A stretch of DNA of 64,000 nt from an uncultured Rhodospirillaceae bacterium (lineage in GTDB: Bacteria > Pseudomonadota > Alphaproteobacteria > GCA-2731375): assembly GCA_964344935.1 (NCBI GenBank), contig CAYFPL010000008.1, positions 76,754 to 140,753 of the forward strand, given 5' to 3'. Positions 41,473-52,529 of the stretch are shown in pieces. The notes under the pieces are model-generated. The model saw only the letters and a program-made list of their open reading frames with translations. It searched no databases and was not told the DNA's origin. The number at the start of each line of letters is the position of its first letter. Position 1 is the stretch's first letter. The position numbers and the translations under genes are program-made.

Positions 41473-42597
41473 TTAGACCGGATCGATATCGCCCTGTAGG
41501 GCTGTTGCGCCATGCTCGTTGGCGAACGCTTCTAGGCGCCCCTCCCCTATGGCCTGGCGGAGATTCTCCATCAGATCCTGGTAATGCGTCAGGTTGTGCC
41601 ACGTGGCCAGCATGGAGCCTAGAATTTCCTTGGCCTTGAACAAATGATGCAAATAGCCCCGGGAATAATTCTTGCACAGCGGACAACGGCAGGCCTCGTC
41701 CACCGGGCGCGGATCGTCGGCATGGCGGGCATTGCGGATGTTCAGGGTGGCGCGTGGGGTAAAGAGTTGTCCTGTGCGGCCGGAACGGGTCGGCATGACA
41801 CAGTCGAACATGTCGACGCCACGCCGTACCGCGCCAACGATGTCGTCTGGCTTGCCGACACCCATCAAGTAACGGGGCCGATCGGTGGGCAAATGCGGCA
41901 GCGTCACATCCAGGGTGGAAAAAGTCAGTTCCTGTCCCTCCCCCACTGCTAGGCCGCCGATGGCATAGCCGTCGAAACCGATCTGCCTGAGGCTTTCGGC
42001 AGACTCGGCGCGCAGCTCGCCATACATGCCCCCCTGCACAATACCGAATAGGGCATAGCCGGGGCGCGAAACGAAGGCGTCCCGACAGCGCTGCGCCCAG
42101 CGCATGGATAGGCGCATGGACGTTGCCGCCTCTTCCTCGGTTGCCGGATAAGGCGTGCATTCATCGAACACCATGGTGACATCCGCGCCCAGAAGCCGCT
42201 GGACCTCGATACTACGCTCCGGCGTCAGATGGATGCGGGCGCCGTCGATGTGGGATCGGAAAGTGACGCCGTCCTCGTCCAGCTTGCGCAGATCACTCAT
42301 GGAATAGACCTGAAAGCCACCGGAGTCCGTCAATATGGGCCGATGCCAATGCATGAATTCGTGCAAACCGCCGAACTTGGCAATCCGCTCGGCGCCGGGC
42401 CGCAACATAAGATGATAGGTATTGCCAAGGATGATATCGGCGCCGGTCTCGCGCACGGCCTCCGGCGTCATGGCCTTGACGGTTGCGGCCGTGCCGACAG
42501 GCATAAAAGCGGGCGTGCGAATTTCCCCATGGGCCAAGCTGAGACGGCCGCGCCGCGCGGGACCGTCTTGGTCCAACACTTCGAAACCGATGCTCAT
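41473..42597 (-). CDS. tgt: Queuine tRNA-ribosyltransferase (tRNA-guanine transglycosylase)
   Basis: [23 protein letters not shown] and the C-terminal zinc site CxCxxC...H ([16 protein letters not shown]). Confidence 0.95.
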   Translation of the reverse strand: MSIGFEVLDQDGPARRGRLSLAHGEIRTPAFMPVGTAATVKAMTPEAVRETGADIILGNTYHLMLRPGAERIAKFGGLHEFMHWHRPILTDSGGFQVYSMSDLRKLDEDGVTFRSHIDGARIHLTPERSIEVQRLLGADVTMVFDECTPYPATEEEAATSMRLSMRWAQRCRDAFVSRPGYALFGIVQGGMYGELRAESAESLRQIGFDGYAIGGLAVGEGQELTFSTLDVTLPHLPTDRPRYLMGVGKPDDIVGAVRRGVDMFDCVMPTRSGRTGQLFTPRATLNIRNARHADDPRPVDEACRCPLCKNYSRGYLHHLFKAKEILGSMLATWHNLTHYQDLMENLRQAIGEGRLEAFANEHGATALQGDIDPV

Positions 42598-43613
42598 ATT
42601 CGGCCTTCCAACAGGCAGGCATCGCCATATGAATAGAAACGATAGCCGGCCTGAATGGCATGGGCATAGGCCGCCTGCATGACGTCGAGCCCCGAGAACG
42701 CTGAAACCAGCATGAACAGGGTCGAACGCGGCAAATGAAAGTTGGTCAGCAGCAGATCCACCGTACGAAATTCATAGCCCGGGGTTATGAAGATATCTGT
42801 CTCCCCCTCGAACGAGGCCATTCCGGCACTTTCCAATAGCCGCAATGATGTGGTGCCAACAGCCAGAATCCGGCCGCCATTCGCCTTTGTCTGCCGCATT
42901 CGGTCAGCTAGGTCTGTGTCCACCTGGCCCCATTCGCTGTGCATGACGTGATTATCAGTGTCGGCGGCATTGACGGGAAGAAATGTACCTGGACCTACAT
43001 GCAGGGTGACTTCGCCACGCCCGATACCGCGTTCATCCAGGCGCGATAGTATCTCGTCAGTGAAATGCAGCCCTGCCGTCGGGGCCGCCACGGCCCCGTC
43101 ACGGCTGGCAAGAACAGTCTGGTAGTCTTCGTCATCCTGTTCATCCACCGCCCGGTGCTTGCGGATATAGGGCGGCAGGGGCAAGTGGCCATGGCGTTCA
43201 AGGGCCGTCATCATTACGTCGTCGGCAAGCGCGAAGTCCAGGACCACTTGGCCGTCCTCGTGCGGGCCTTCGACCGTGGCGGCGAAACCCTCGGATATCA
43301 CCAATACGTCGCCGGCACGCAATTTGCGGGCTGGCTTGGCGAAGGCCCGCCAACGGCCATGGGACAAGTGTTCGAACAGTGTCAGATCCACCCGCCCCGT
43401 TCTACGCCGCGCCAGCAGTTGCAGCGGCAAAACACGGGTGTTGTTGAAAATTGCCAGATCGCCCGGACGCAATAGATCCGGCAACTCCCGGATCGTCTTG
43501 TCTTGTAACCCGCCTTTGGTAATGTGCAAAAGGCGCGCACTGTCTCTTGGCCGCGCAGGCCGCAAAGCGATGGCCTCGCTGGGTAGATCGAAATCGAACA
43601 GATCGACGTCCAT
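42594..43613 (-). CDS. queA: S-adenosylmethionine:tRNA ribosyltransferase-isomerase
   Basis: [29 protein letters not shown]...TRVLPLQL. Its stop overlaps the tgt start. Confidence 0.9.
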   Translation of the reverse strand: MDVDLFDFDLPSEAIALRPARPRDSARLLHITKGGLQDKTIRELPDLLRPGDLAIFNNTRVLPLQLLARRRTGRVDLTLFEHLSHGRWRAFAKPARKLRAGDVLVISEGFAATVEGPHEDGQVVLDFALADDVMMTALERHGHLPLPPYIRKHRAVDEQDDEDYQTVLASRDGAVAAPTAGLHFTDEILSRLDERGIGRGEVTLHVGPGTFLPVNAADTDNHVMHSEWGQVDTDLADRMRQTKANGGRILAVGTTSLRLLESAGMASFEGETDIFITPGYEFRTVDLLLTNFHLPRSTLFMLVSAFSGLDVMQAAYAHAIQAGYRFYSYGDACLLEGRI

Positions 43614-43651
43614 GCGGCGGCCCTGATGGCAATGGGCCCGCTGGCCCGAGG

Positions 43652-44194
43652 TTATTCCGCGTCGGCGGCAACCCGTATGGAAATGATCTTGTCCGGGTCC
43701 GAGACGATGCCGCTGCCCGAGGCACCTTTCTTGATCTTATCCACGGCGTCCATGCCGGCGGTGACTTGGCCCCAGATGGTATACTGGCCATCCAGCCAAG
43801 GCGCCGCTTTAAAGACGATGAAAAACTGGCTGTCGGCGCTGTTGGGGTCCGCCGCCCGGGCCATTGAGACGGTACCGCGCAGGTGCTTCTCGTTAGAGAA
43901 TTCGGCCGCCAGGTTCTGTCCCGAACCACCCGTGCCCGTGCCCGTGGGATCCCCGGTCTGAGCCATGAAATCCTCGATCACCCGATGAAAGACGATGCCA
44001 TCATAGAATTTCTGCCGCACCAGTTCTTTGATGCGGTTTACATGATTGGGGGCCAGATCGGGGCGCAATTCAATGGTAACGCGACCGTCCTCGAGTTCAA
44101 GATAAAGGGTATTTTCCAAATCAACCGCTCCTGCTTGCATGGCCGGCAGTGCCATGGCCAAAACCACACTGAAAAAAAGTCGTCTCAAAAGCAT
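43652..44194 (-). CDS. Periplasmic cyclophilin-type peptidyl-prolyl cis-trans isomerase
   Basis: Signal peptide MLLRRLFFSVVLAMALPAMQAGA, with FHRVIEDFMAQTGDPTGTGTGG and SMARAADPNSADSQFFI cyclophilin motifs. Confidence 0.9.
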   Translation of the reverse strand: MLLRRLFFSVVLAMALPAMQAGAVDLENTLYLELEDGRVTIELRPDLAPNHVNRIKELVRQKFYDGIVFHRVIEDFMAQTGDPTGTGTGGSGQNLAAEFSNEKHLRGTVSMARAADPNSADSQFFIVFKAAPWLDGQYTIWGQVTAGMDAVDKIKKGASGSGIVSDPDKIISIRVAADAE

Positions 44195-44224
44195 CTTTTC
44201 ATCCTCGTTCTCTCCGGGATCGAA

Positions 44225-44734
44225 CTAGGCCCGGCCGACACGCTCCAACAGCCGGCGCGCCACACGTTCGGACAAGAAGGAAGCGATCTCGCCGTCCAAC
44301 TGGGCGATTTCCTTGACCAGGCGTGAGGCGATGAACTGGTATTCATGATTGGCCATGATGAAGATGGTTTCAATTTCCGCATCAAGCTGCCGGTTCATGC
44401 CCACCAACTGATATTCATACTCAAAGTCCGCCACGGCGCGTAGGCCGCGGATGATAATTCCGGCGCCGTGTTCTTGGGCGCAATGGATCGTCAGGTCGTC
44501 ATAGGGGTGCACCTCGACGACGCAACCATTCAAATCGCTCTTCATCTCGTGCAGTTCTTCGCGCACCATCTCGACACGCTCGTCCAGGCTGAACATGGGC
44601 CCCTTGTTGAGGTTGATGGCTACGCCGATGACCAGGCGGTCAACGATCTGGGCCGCGCGGCGAATGATGTCGCCATGCCCCAAAGTGATGGGATCAAACG
44701 TTCCAGGATAAAAACCGACACGCTGCTTCGACAA
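44225..44734 (-). CDS. coaD: Pantetheine-phosphate adenylyltransferase
   Basis: YPGTFDPITLGHGDIIRRA (T/HxGH nucleotidyltransferase motif); 169 aa. Confidence 0.95.
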   Translation of the reverse strand: MSKQRVGFYPGTFDPITLGHGDIIRRAAQIVDRLVIGVAINLNKGPMFSLDERVEMVREELHEMKSDLNGCVVEVHPYDDLTIHCAQEHGAGIIIRGLRAVADFEYEYQLVGMNRQLDAEIETIFIMANHEYQFIASRLVKEIAQLDGEIASFLSERVARRLLERVGRA

Positions 44735-44847
44735 GTCTACCTCCTGCCCGCACCAACCGGCGGGCGACCAATCTTTTGCGGATCATTAACCTTTCGCGGC
44801 GGGCAAGGAAAGCGCAAAACGACGCCGGCACGGTCGAATTCGCGGCA

Positions 44848-47598
44848 TCATGCGCCGTTGTCCTCGTCCCCGTCACCTTGCTCCGTTAACCAGGCGACAG
44901 AGACCACACGCTCATCCTTTTCCACGTCGAACAGTGTCACGCCCTGTGTATTGCGCCCGGCGATGCGGATGTCGTGCACTGGTGTTCGGATCAGGCGGCC
45001 GGTATCGGTCACCAGCATGATGTGGTGGTTATCCTCGACAGGGGCGGAAGCTATGACCGGACCATTCCGATCGGAGGCTTCGATATTGATGATCCCTTGG
45101 CCGCCGCGGCCCGTAACCCGGTATTCATAAGCCGACGTGCGCTTGCCATAACCGTTCTCGGTAATGGAGAGAACGAATTGTTCCGCCTGCTCCATATCAG
45201 CGGTTTCAGCCGGCGGATTGGGCAACGGTTCGCCCGTACCCTCCCCTTCGCCTTCAGCCCGGCGGCGGGCGTTGGACCAGCGCAGATATCGTTCCCGTAC
45301 ATCGCTGTCGAAATCCGTATGGCGCAGGATCGACATGGCGATCAGTTCATCATCGCCAACCAATCGGATGCCCCTGACCCCCACTGAATCCCGGCTCTTG
45401 AAGACGCGCACATCGATAACGGGGAAGCGGATGCATTTGCCTCGCCGGCCTGAGAGCAAGATGTCGTCGTTGGCATCGCAAATGGCGACGCCAACGATGC
45501 GGTCCCCTTCTGGCAGTTTCATGGCGATCTTGCCGTTTGCCTGGACCCGCCTGAAATCCGCCAACTCGTTACGCCGCACCGACCCGGAAGCGGTGGCGAA
45601 CATGACGTATCGGTCGGCCCATTCCGCTTCGTCTTCCGGCAGGGGCAACACGGTGTGTATGGTCTCGCCCGCTTCCAAGGGGAACAGATTGACCATCGCC
45701 TTGCCGCGGGCCTGCGGTGCCGCCATGGGCAAACGGAAAACCTTGAGGAGGTAGACCTTGCCCGTGGAGGAAAAAAACAGCATGGGCGTATGGGTATTGG
45801 CCACGAAAAGCTGGCTGACGAAATCCTCGTCCCGTGTTGCCATGCCTTGCCGGCCCTTGCCGCCGCGCCGCTGCGGCCGGTAGGTGGACAGCGGCACCCG
45901 CTTGACGTAGCCCTTGTGGGAGACCGTCACCACCATGTCCTCACGCTGGATCAAGTCCTCGTCTTCCTGATCCGCCTCGGCCTCGATGATCTCGCTGCGC
46001 CGGGGTGTGGCGAAGCGTTCCTTCATGTCCAGCAGTTCTTCGCGGATGATGGACTTCAGGCGGTCGTCGGATTGCAGGATATCCAGATAGTCCAGAATCT
46101 TTTCACCCAGTTCCCGCAACTCTTCGCCCACTTCGTCCCGGCCTAGGGCGGTCAATCGTTGCAGGCGCAAATCCAGGATGGCTCTGGCCTGAGTTTCGCT
46201 CAGGCGATAAACCCCATCCACCACCTGATGGCCGGGCTCGTCGATCAATTGGATCATCGCTACCACATCGTGGGCCGGCCAGTCCCGTTCCATCAATTGT
46301 GCCCGCGCGGTGGCTGGGTCAGGGGCGGCCCGGATCAGCGCGATAATGGCATCGATATTGGCCACCGCAATGGCCAGACCGGCGAGGACATGGGCCCGCT
46401 CTCGCGCCTTGCCAAGGAGATACTTGGTGCGCCGGGTGACCACCACCTCGCGGCTGTCCACGAAGGCGCCGATCATCTCGGCCAGGTTCATCAGTTCCGG
46501 TCGGCCCTTGTTGAGAGCCAGGCTGTTGACGCCGAACGAGGTTTGTAGAGGCGTGAAGCGGTACAGCTGATTCAGCACCACATCCGCCATGGCATCCCGT
46601 TTCAATTCGATCACCACGCGCACGCCGCTGCGGTCGCTCTCGTCCCGCAGGTCTGAGATTCCTTCGATGCGCTTTGCGCGCACCGCCTCGGCGATCTTTT
46701 CGATCATGCCGGCTTTGTTGACCTGATAGGGCACCTCGGTGACGATGATGGCTTCCCGATCCTTGCGGATGGTCTCGATTTCTGTCCGGCCGCGCATGAT
46801 GACCGAGCCGCGCCCGGTACGGAATGCGGCCGTTATGCCGGCCCGGCCCAGGATCAGACCGCCGGTTGGAAAATCCGGGCCCAGGATGTGCCCCATTAGG
46901 TCTTCGACGCTGATGCTGGGGTTATCCAGATAGGCGCAGCAGCCGTCGATCACTTCGCCCAGATTGTGAGGCGGGATATTGGTTGCCATGCCCACGGCGA
47001 TGCCGCCGGCGCCGTTGACCAGCAGGTTCGGGAACATGGCCGGCAGGACCACGGGTTCCGAGGCCGAGCCGTCGTAATTGTCCTGAAAATCGACGGTTTC
47101 CTTGTCGATATCCGCCAGCAGCATCTCCGCCGGCTTGTCCATGCGCACTTCCGTATAACGCATGGCAGCAGCCCGATCGCCGTCCATCGAGCCAAAATTG
47201 CCCTGGCCGTCCAGCAGCGGCAAGCGCATGGCAAAATCCTGGGCCATGCGCACCATGGCGTCATAGATGGCCTGGTCGCCATGAGGGTGGTAGCGGCCCA
47301 TGACATCGCCCACCACGCGGGCGGATTTGCGATATGGCTTGTCTGAGGTGTAGCCGGCCTCGTACATGGAATAGAGGATGCGCCGGTGTACTGGTTTCAG
47401 GCCGTCCCGGGCGTCGGGAATGGCCCGGGAGACGATCACGCTCATTGCGTAATCGAGGTAGGATTTGCGCATCTCCGTCTCGATGGCGATGGGCAAAATG
47501 GCGTCGCTGCCGTCGCTGCCACCGTCGCTGCCGGAGGGCGGCGCGGGCGGATCCATTGGTGGCTCGTCGGGCGGAGGGGTCTGGTTGTCGTCGGTCAA
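44848..47598 (-). CDS. gyrA: DNA gyrase subunit A, with a Pro/Gly/Ser-rich N-terminal extension
   Basis: [38 protein letters not shown], the active-site Tyr region and C-terminal beta-pinwheel repeats; 916 aa. Confidence 0.95.
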   Translation of the reverse strand: MTDDNQTPPPDEPPMDPPAPPSGSDGGSDGSDAILPIAIETEMRKSYLDYAMSVIVSRAIPDARDGLKPVHRRILYSMYEAGYTSDKPYRKSARVVGDVMGRYHPHGDQAIYDAMVRMAQDFAMRLPLLDGQGNFGSMDGDRAAAMRYTEVRMDKPAEMLLADIDKETVDFQDNYDGSASEPVVLPAMFPNLLVNGAGGIAVGMATNIPPHNLGEVIDGCCAYLDNPSISVEDLMGHILGPDFPTGGLILGRAGITAAFRTGRGSVIMRGRTEIETIRKDREAIIVTEVPYQVNKAGMIEKIAEAVRAKRIEGISDLRDESDRSGVRVVIELKRDAMADVVLNQLYRFTPLQTSFGVNSLALNKGRPELMNLAEMIGAFVDSREVVVTRRTKYLLGKARERAHVLAGLAIAVANIDAIIALIRAAPDPATARAQLMERDWPAHDVVAMIQLIDEPGHQVVDGVYRLSETQARAILDLRLQRLTALGRDEVGEELRELGEKILDYLDILQSDDRLKSIIREELLDMKERFATPRRSEIIEAEADQEDEDLIQREDMVVTVSHKGYVKRVPLSTYRPQRRGGKGRQGMATRDEDFVSQLFVANTHTPMLFFSSTGKVYLLKVFRLPMAAPQARGKAMVNLFPLEAGETIHTVLPLPEDEAEWADRYVMFATASGSVRRNELADFRRVQANGKIAMKLPEGDRIVGVAICDANDDILLSGRRGKCIRFPVIDVRVFKSRDSVGVRGIRLVGDDELIAMSILRHTDFDSDVRERYLRWSNARRRAEGEGEGTGEPLPNPPAETADMEQAEQFVLSITENGYGKRTSAYEYRVTGRGGQGIINIEASDRNGPVIASAPVEDNHHIMLVTDTGRLIRTPVHDIRIAGRNTQGVTLFDVEKDERVVSVAWLTEQGDGDEDNGA

Positions 47599-47757
47599 CG
47601 AAGGCTGTCCTAGAGGTCGGGGGCGCTGCTCGGGCGCCGATCAATGCAATCACGAGATATTGCGGGATTCTTGTCCCATTTATACCAAGTCTTGCGATTT
47701 TCGGCAATAATCTGGGGCGGAAAATCATCCCAAAATCGGCCAAAAATAGGCTGGTTT

Positions 47758-49347
47758 CTAGACCTTCGCCGGTTCAGTGCCCGGCCGCCGACTGACAACC
47801 CTACCTTTCGGAATCCGCAACAGGGTTGCCGGCACCATGGCGATGAAATAGGTGGCGCCGAGGAACAGGAACACATCCCGGAAAGCTAACATATTAGCCT
47901 GGGCATAGAGACTGGTGCCCAGCATCTGCAATGCCGCCAGGGGGTGCAGTTCCGTCGGCCAACCGAGCTGTGACAGAAGGCTCGACATGCCTTGCATCAG
48001 ATCCTGTGTCAGGATGTTGTCAGGGGTTTGTGACCCCGCCAGAGCCTCGGAAAAGACCGCGGTGCGGTGTTCCAGCGCAACGGCGATCATATTGACGCCC
48101 ATGGCGCCGCCCAATTGGCGCATGAAATTGACGGCGCCGGAGCCTTGGCTGACCAATTCGCTCGGCAGACTATGTAGAGCGGTGGCATTAATGGTCGGGA
48201 TGACAAAGGCCAGTCCGATACGGCCGATCACCAGCCACAGCGCAAAGGTCCAGAACGGTGTGTCCGTATGTGCCCCGGTCATCAGCATCGCCGAGAAGGC
48301 GAATGCACAGAGGCCGCCCAGGATCAGCCAGTGCCGCGGCAACCGGTCTGCCAGGCGGCCGCCAATGGGCATCAGCATCATCATGGTCAATCCCGCCGGT
48401 ACCATCAATAATCCGGAGCGCGTCGGGCTATAACTTTGCACGGTCTGAACGAACAATGGGATCAGATAGGTGGTGCCGTACAGGCCCGCGCCCAGGGCCA
48501 TACGCACAACTGCCGCCGCCGCGAATTGCTTGTTGAGGAACAGGCGCAGCTGCAGAATTGGTTCCGACGTACGCCATTCCCACCACAAAAAGGCCACGAA
48601 CGAGAGGACAAAAGTAGAGAAATAAACAGCAACGATGGGCGCATGCCAGCCTTCCCGCTGTCCCGAAGACAGGGCAATCAATATTGAGAAGACAAAGACC
48701 ACCAGCAATGAAAGCCCAGTCCAGTCAAAGGCCGGCTTGGCCTCCTTGGTGGTGCGCCATGGCATGAACAGCCAGGCCAGAAGGCTGCCCAGGGCCGCCA
48801 CGGGGATTGAGGCGAAAAAGACGTAGTGCCAGTTGAAGGCATCCAGCAGAACGCCGCCGAAGAAGGGTCCCAAGGTCGGCGCCACCACGACACCGACCCC
48901 GAATAGACCCATGGCCTTGCCCCGTTGGTGAATGGGAAAAACCTGGAACATCAGGACCATGGAGAGCGGCTGTACCAGCCCGGCGCCCAGACCCTGCAGC
49001 ACCCGGCCGGTAGTCATGATGTCGATATTCGGCGCCAGCCCGCCCATGAAGGCGCCGATGGCAAAGATCACCATGGCGCCCAGGTAGGTGGCGCGCATGC
49101 CGAAGGATCGAACGAACCAATCGTTCAGCAGCATGGCCACGGTCATGGAAGCGATATAGCCTGTGGCCAGCCAATGCGCCGTATCCTGACCGACGCCAAA
49201 GGCGCCCATGATCACAGGAATAGCCACGTTGATCATGGTGGCGTTCAGCAGCATGGAAACGATACCTAGGACCACCGTGAAGGTCACGAAGGCCCGATAT
49301 TTCGCGCCGTACCGTTCGAAAAGGATCTTGACCGCGGCTTCCGGCAT
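47758..49347 (-). CDS. MFS DHA2 (EmrB/QacA-type, 14-TMS) efflux permease, tandem paralog 1
   Basis: 529 aa. INVAIPVIMGAFGVGQD...LLNDWFVRSFGMR...LLDAFNWHYVFF blocks are shared with the next two genes. It starts 4 nt after the paralog 2 stop. Confidence 0.85.
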   Translation of the reverse strand: MPEAAVKILFERYGAKYRAFVTFTVVLGIVSMLLNATMINVAIPVIMGAFGVGQDTAHWLATGYIASMTVAMLLNDWFVRSFGMRATYLGAMVIFAIGAFMGGLAPNIDIMTTGRVLQGLGAGLVQPLSMVLMFQVFPIHQRGKAMGLFGVGVVVAPTLGPFFGGVLLDAFNWHYVFFASIPVAALGSLLAWLFMPWRTTKEAKPAFDWTGLSLLVVFVFSILIALSSGQREGWHAPIVAVYFSTFVLSFVAFLWWEWRTSEPILQLRLFLNKQFAAAAVVRMALGAGLYGTTYLIPLFVQTVQSYSPTRSGLLMVPAGLTMMMLMPIGGRLADRLPRHWLILGGLCAFAFSAMLMTGAHTDTPFWTFALWLVIGRIGLAFVIPTINATALHSLPSELVSQGSGAVNFMRQLGGAMGVNMIAVALEHRTAVFSEALAGSQTPDNILTQDLMQGMSSLLSQLGWPTELHPLAALQMLGTSLYAQANMLAFRDVFLFLGATYFIAMVPATLLRIPKGRVVSRRPGTEPAKV

Positions 49348-49351
49348 ATAG

Positions 49352-50938
49352 CTATCCCGGCCTTGGCCGCAGGTTGGCCGGTATCTTGGAGGTTGTCGGT
49401 CTATCCCGCAGCAGTAATGCCGGGATCATGGTGGCGAAATAAACCACGGCAACAAGCAGGAAGACATCGCCATAGGCCATCATCGATGCCTGGGAATAGA
49501 CGCTGCGGCCGACAAGGTAGAGGGCACCCGCCGGCGTCATTTCAAACGGCCAGCCTAACTGACCTAGCAAATGGCCGAGCTGGGTCATGATCTGGAGGGT
49601 TGCCGCATTGTCGGGCGTCTGCAGTCCGGCAAAGGCATCTGAGAAGAATGCGGTGCGCCTTTCCAAGGTCAATGCCAGCAGATTGACGCCGATGGCGCCC
49701 CCCAAATTCCGTGAGAAGTTCAAGGCGCCCGAGCCTTGGCTCAACAGTTCTGGTTTCAATGTGGATACAGCACTGACCGTCAAGCTAGGCATCATGGCCG
49801 CGAGGCCAATCCGGCCCACACAGATCCAGGCAGCAAAAACCCAGAACGGCGTGTCCGTGTGGGCCTGCATCATCAACAGCGAGGAAAAGCCGAACATGAA
49901 GAGGCCGAACAGGATCATCTGATAGCGGGGCAATTTATCGCTGAGGCGGCCGGCGATGGGGAACATTGCCATCATCAGCAAACCGCCCGGAATCATCAAC
50001 AATCCCGACCGCGTCGGGCTATAGCTTTGCACCGTCTGCACGAACAGCGGAATGACGTATGTGGAACCATAAAGACCGACGCTCAACACCATGCTGACGA
50101 AGACCGAGGCGGCGAACTTTTTGTTCCAGAAAACCCGCAACTGCAGAATCGGCGATTCAATCGACAATTCCCAGATGATGAAGGCGACGAGGGAAATGAT
50201 AGCGACCGAGAAATAGACCGAGATGATGGGCGCCCCCCAGCCGTCCCGCTGTCCATTGGACATGCCGGTCAGGAACATGCCGATGAATAACGCGACCAGG
50301 ATCAGTCCGGTCCAATCGAAGGTGGGAAGCGGTTCCTTTCGGCCTTTGCCGGGCATGAAAACGATGGCCAGCAACACGCCAACGACCGCCACCGGGGCCG
50401 ACATGAAGAACACGTAATGCCAGTTGAAGGCATCCAGCAGCACGCCACCGAATGTCGGCCCCAGGGCGGGTGCCACGATGATGCCGACACCGAACAGACC
50501 CATGGCTTTGCCGCGCTGGTCAACGGGAAAGACCTGGAACATCAAGATCATGGACAGGGGTTGAACGATCCCGGCGCCGGTACCCTGTAGCACGCGAGAG
50601 AGGATCATGATGTCGATGGTCGGGCTTAGTCCACCCATGATAGCGCCGAAGATGAAGATCGACATGGCGCCGATATAGGTCGCCTTCATGCCGAAAGCGC
50701 GGACAAACCAATCATTCAGCAGCATGGAGACGGTCATGGCCGCAATGAAGCCGGTGGACAGCCAATGCACCTTGTCCTGGCCGACGCCAAAGGCGCCCAT
50801 GATCACCGGAATGGCCACATTGATCATAGTCGCTGTCAGCACCATGGCCATGGTGCCCAGCATGGCGGTAAACGAGACGAAATAGCGATAGCGCGGGCCG
50901 TAGCGCGCGAACATCGCATCTATGGCCGGATTGCCCAT
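49352..50938 (-). CDS. MFS DHA2 (EmrB-type) efflux permease, tandem paralog 2
   Basis: 528 aa, collinear with paralogs 1 and 3 along the full length (~80% aa identity by eye). Confidence 0.85.
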   Translation of the reverse strand: MGNPAIDAMFARYGPRYRYFVSFTAMLGTMAMVLTATMINVAIPVIMGAFGVGQDKVHWLSTGFIAAMTVSMLLNDWFVRAFGMKATYIGAMSIFIFGAIMGGLSPTIDIMILSRVLQGTGAGIVQPLSMILMFQVFPVDQRGKAMGLFGVGIIVAPALGPTFGGVLLDAFNWHYVFFMSAPVAVVGVLLAIVFMPGKGRKEPLPTFDWTGLILVALFIGMFLTGMSNGQRDGWGAPIISVYFSVAIISLVAFIIWELSIESPILQLRVFWNKKFAASVFVSMVLSVGLYGSTYVIPLFVQTVQSYSPTRSGLLMIPGGLLMMAMFPIAGRLSDKLPRYQMILFGLFMFGFSSLLMMQAHTDTPFWVFAAWICVGRIGLAAMMPSLTVSAVSTLKPELLSQGSGALNFSRNLGGAIGVNLLALTLERRTAFFSDAFAGLQTPDNAATLQIMTQLGHLLGQLGWPFEMTPAGALYLVGRSVYSQASMMAYGDVFLLVAVVYFATMIPALLLRDRPTTSKIPANLRPRPG

Positions 50939-50939
50939 C

Positions 50940-52529
50940 TCAGCCCGTCCTTGCCGCTAGAACCGGCCGTGCCTTGGGCCGCGGCTTCCAATCCCGCAGC
51001 AACAGCGCCGGGATGGCAGCAATGAAGAAGGCGACTGCGACAAATAGGAAGAGGTCGCGGAACGCCATCATGGATGCCTGGGAATAGACGCTTTGGCCGA
51101 CCAGGTACAATACGCCGGTCCGGGCCATTTCGAACGGCCAGCCCAATTGGCTCAGCAAATGCCCGATCTCGAGCATGAATTGCTGGGTAGCGCTATTGTC
51201 CGGTGTTTGCAGGCCGGCAAACGCATCGGAAAAGAACGCAGTGCGCTGTTCCAGGGTGACAGCAATGATGTTGATGCCAACCGCACCGCCTAGGTTCCGC
51301 ATAAAGTTGAGTGCACCGGCGCCTTGGCTCAAATGGTCCGGTTTCAGGGTGGACACGGCCGTCACCATCATGGTCGGCATCATGGCCGCCTGCCCTAACC
51401 GCCCCAGCATCAGCCACATGGCGAAAACCCAAAAGGCCGTGTCGGTACCCGCCTGCATCATCAAGAGACAGGAAAACCCGTAAACAAAAAGGCCGAACAA
51501 GGTCATCTGATAGCCGGGCAGCTTGTCGGCCAGACGGCCGGCAATGGGCAGCATCAGCATCATGAAAATACCACCCGGAACCATCAACAGGCCGGAGCGC
51601 GTGGGGCTGTATCCCTGGATGGTCTGCACGAACAGGGGCACCAGGTAAGAGGTGCCGTAAAAGCCGAGACTCAGCACCAGCCCAACAATAATGGAAGCGG
51701 CGAACTTCCGGTTCGCGAACACCCGTACTTGCAGAATCGGATTGGCGGAGACCAACTCCCACCAAATGAAGGAAATACCCGACACCAGGCCGATCGAGAA
51801 CAACACGGAAATTATTGGCGAGCCCCAACCTTCCCTTTGGCCGCTGGACAACCCGGTCAATGAACAGATGATGCACAAGGACACCAGCACCAGGCCGGTC
51901 CAGTCGAAATCGGGCAGACGCCGTTCACCGCGCTCCCCACCGGGCATGAATATGGTCGCGAGGAAGATACCCAGGGCCGGCACCGGAACCGACATAAAGA
52001 AGACGTACTGCCAATTGAAGGCGTCCAGCAGAACGCCGCCCACGGTGGGGCCAACAGCCGGCGCAGCCATAATACCGACACTTAACAGACCCATGGCCCG
52101 GCCCCGTTGGTCGACGGGAAAGACTTGCAGGATCAACACCATAGCCAGGGGCTGGGCGACGCCGGCGCCGACGCCCTGCAGCGTCCGGGCCAGGATCACC
52201 AGGTCGATGGTATTGGACAGCCCGCCCATGACGCCGCCGAATATGAAGATGGCCATGGCGCCGATATATGTGGTGCGCATGCCGAAGGAACGCACGCACC
52301 AGTCATTCAGCAGCATCGAGACAGTCATGGCGGCGATGAAGCCGGTAGAGACCCAATGCACCTTGTCCTGGCCGACACCGAAGGTGCCCATAATCACGGG
52401 AATGGCCACGTTGGTCATGGTCGCCGTCAGGGCCATGGCCATGGTGCCAAGCATGGCCGTGAAGCTTACATAGTAGCGATAGCGCGGCCCAAACCGCGCG
52501 AACATCGCGTCAATCGCGGCTGATTGCAA
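50940..52529 (-). CDS. MFS DHA2 (EmrB-type) efflux permease, tandem paralog 3
   Basis: 529 aa. Its start overlaps the HlyD gene end by 20 nt. Confidence 0.85.
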   Translation of the reverse strand: MQSAAIDAMFARFGPRYRYYVSFTAMLGTMAMALTATMTNVAIPVIMGTFGVGQDKVHWVSTGFIAAMTVSMLLNDWCVRSFGMRTTYIGAMAIFIFGGVMGGLSNTIDLVILARTLQGVGAGVAQPLAMVLILQVFPVDQRGRAMGLLSVGIMAAPAVGPTVGGVLLDAFNWQYVFFMSVPVPALGIFLATIFMPGGERGERRLPDFDWTGLVLVSLCIICSLTGLSSGQREGWGSPIISVLFSIGLVSGISFIWWELVSANPILQVRVFANRKFAASIIVGLVLSLGFYGTSYLVPLFVQTIQGYSPTRSGLLMVPGGIFMMLMLPIAGRLADKLPGYQMTLFGLFVYGFSCLLMMQAGTDTAFWVFAMWLMLGRLGQAAMMPTMMVTAVSTLKPDHLSQGAGALNFMRNLGGAVGINIIAVTLEQRTAFFSDAFAGLQTPDNSATQQFMLEIGHLLSQLGWPFEMARTGVLYLVGQSVYSQASMMAFRDLFLFVAVAFFIAAIPALLLRDWKPRPKARPVLAARTG

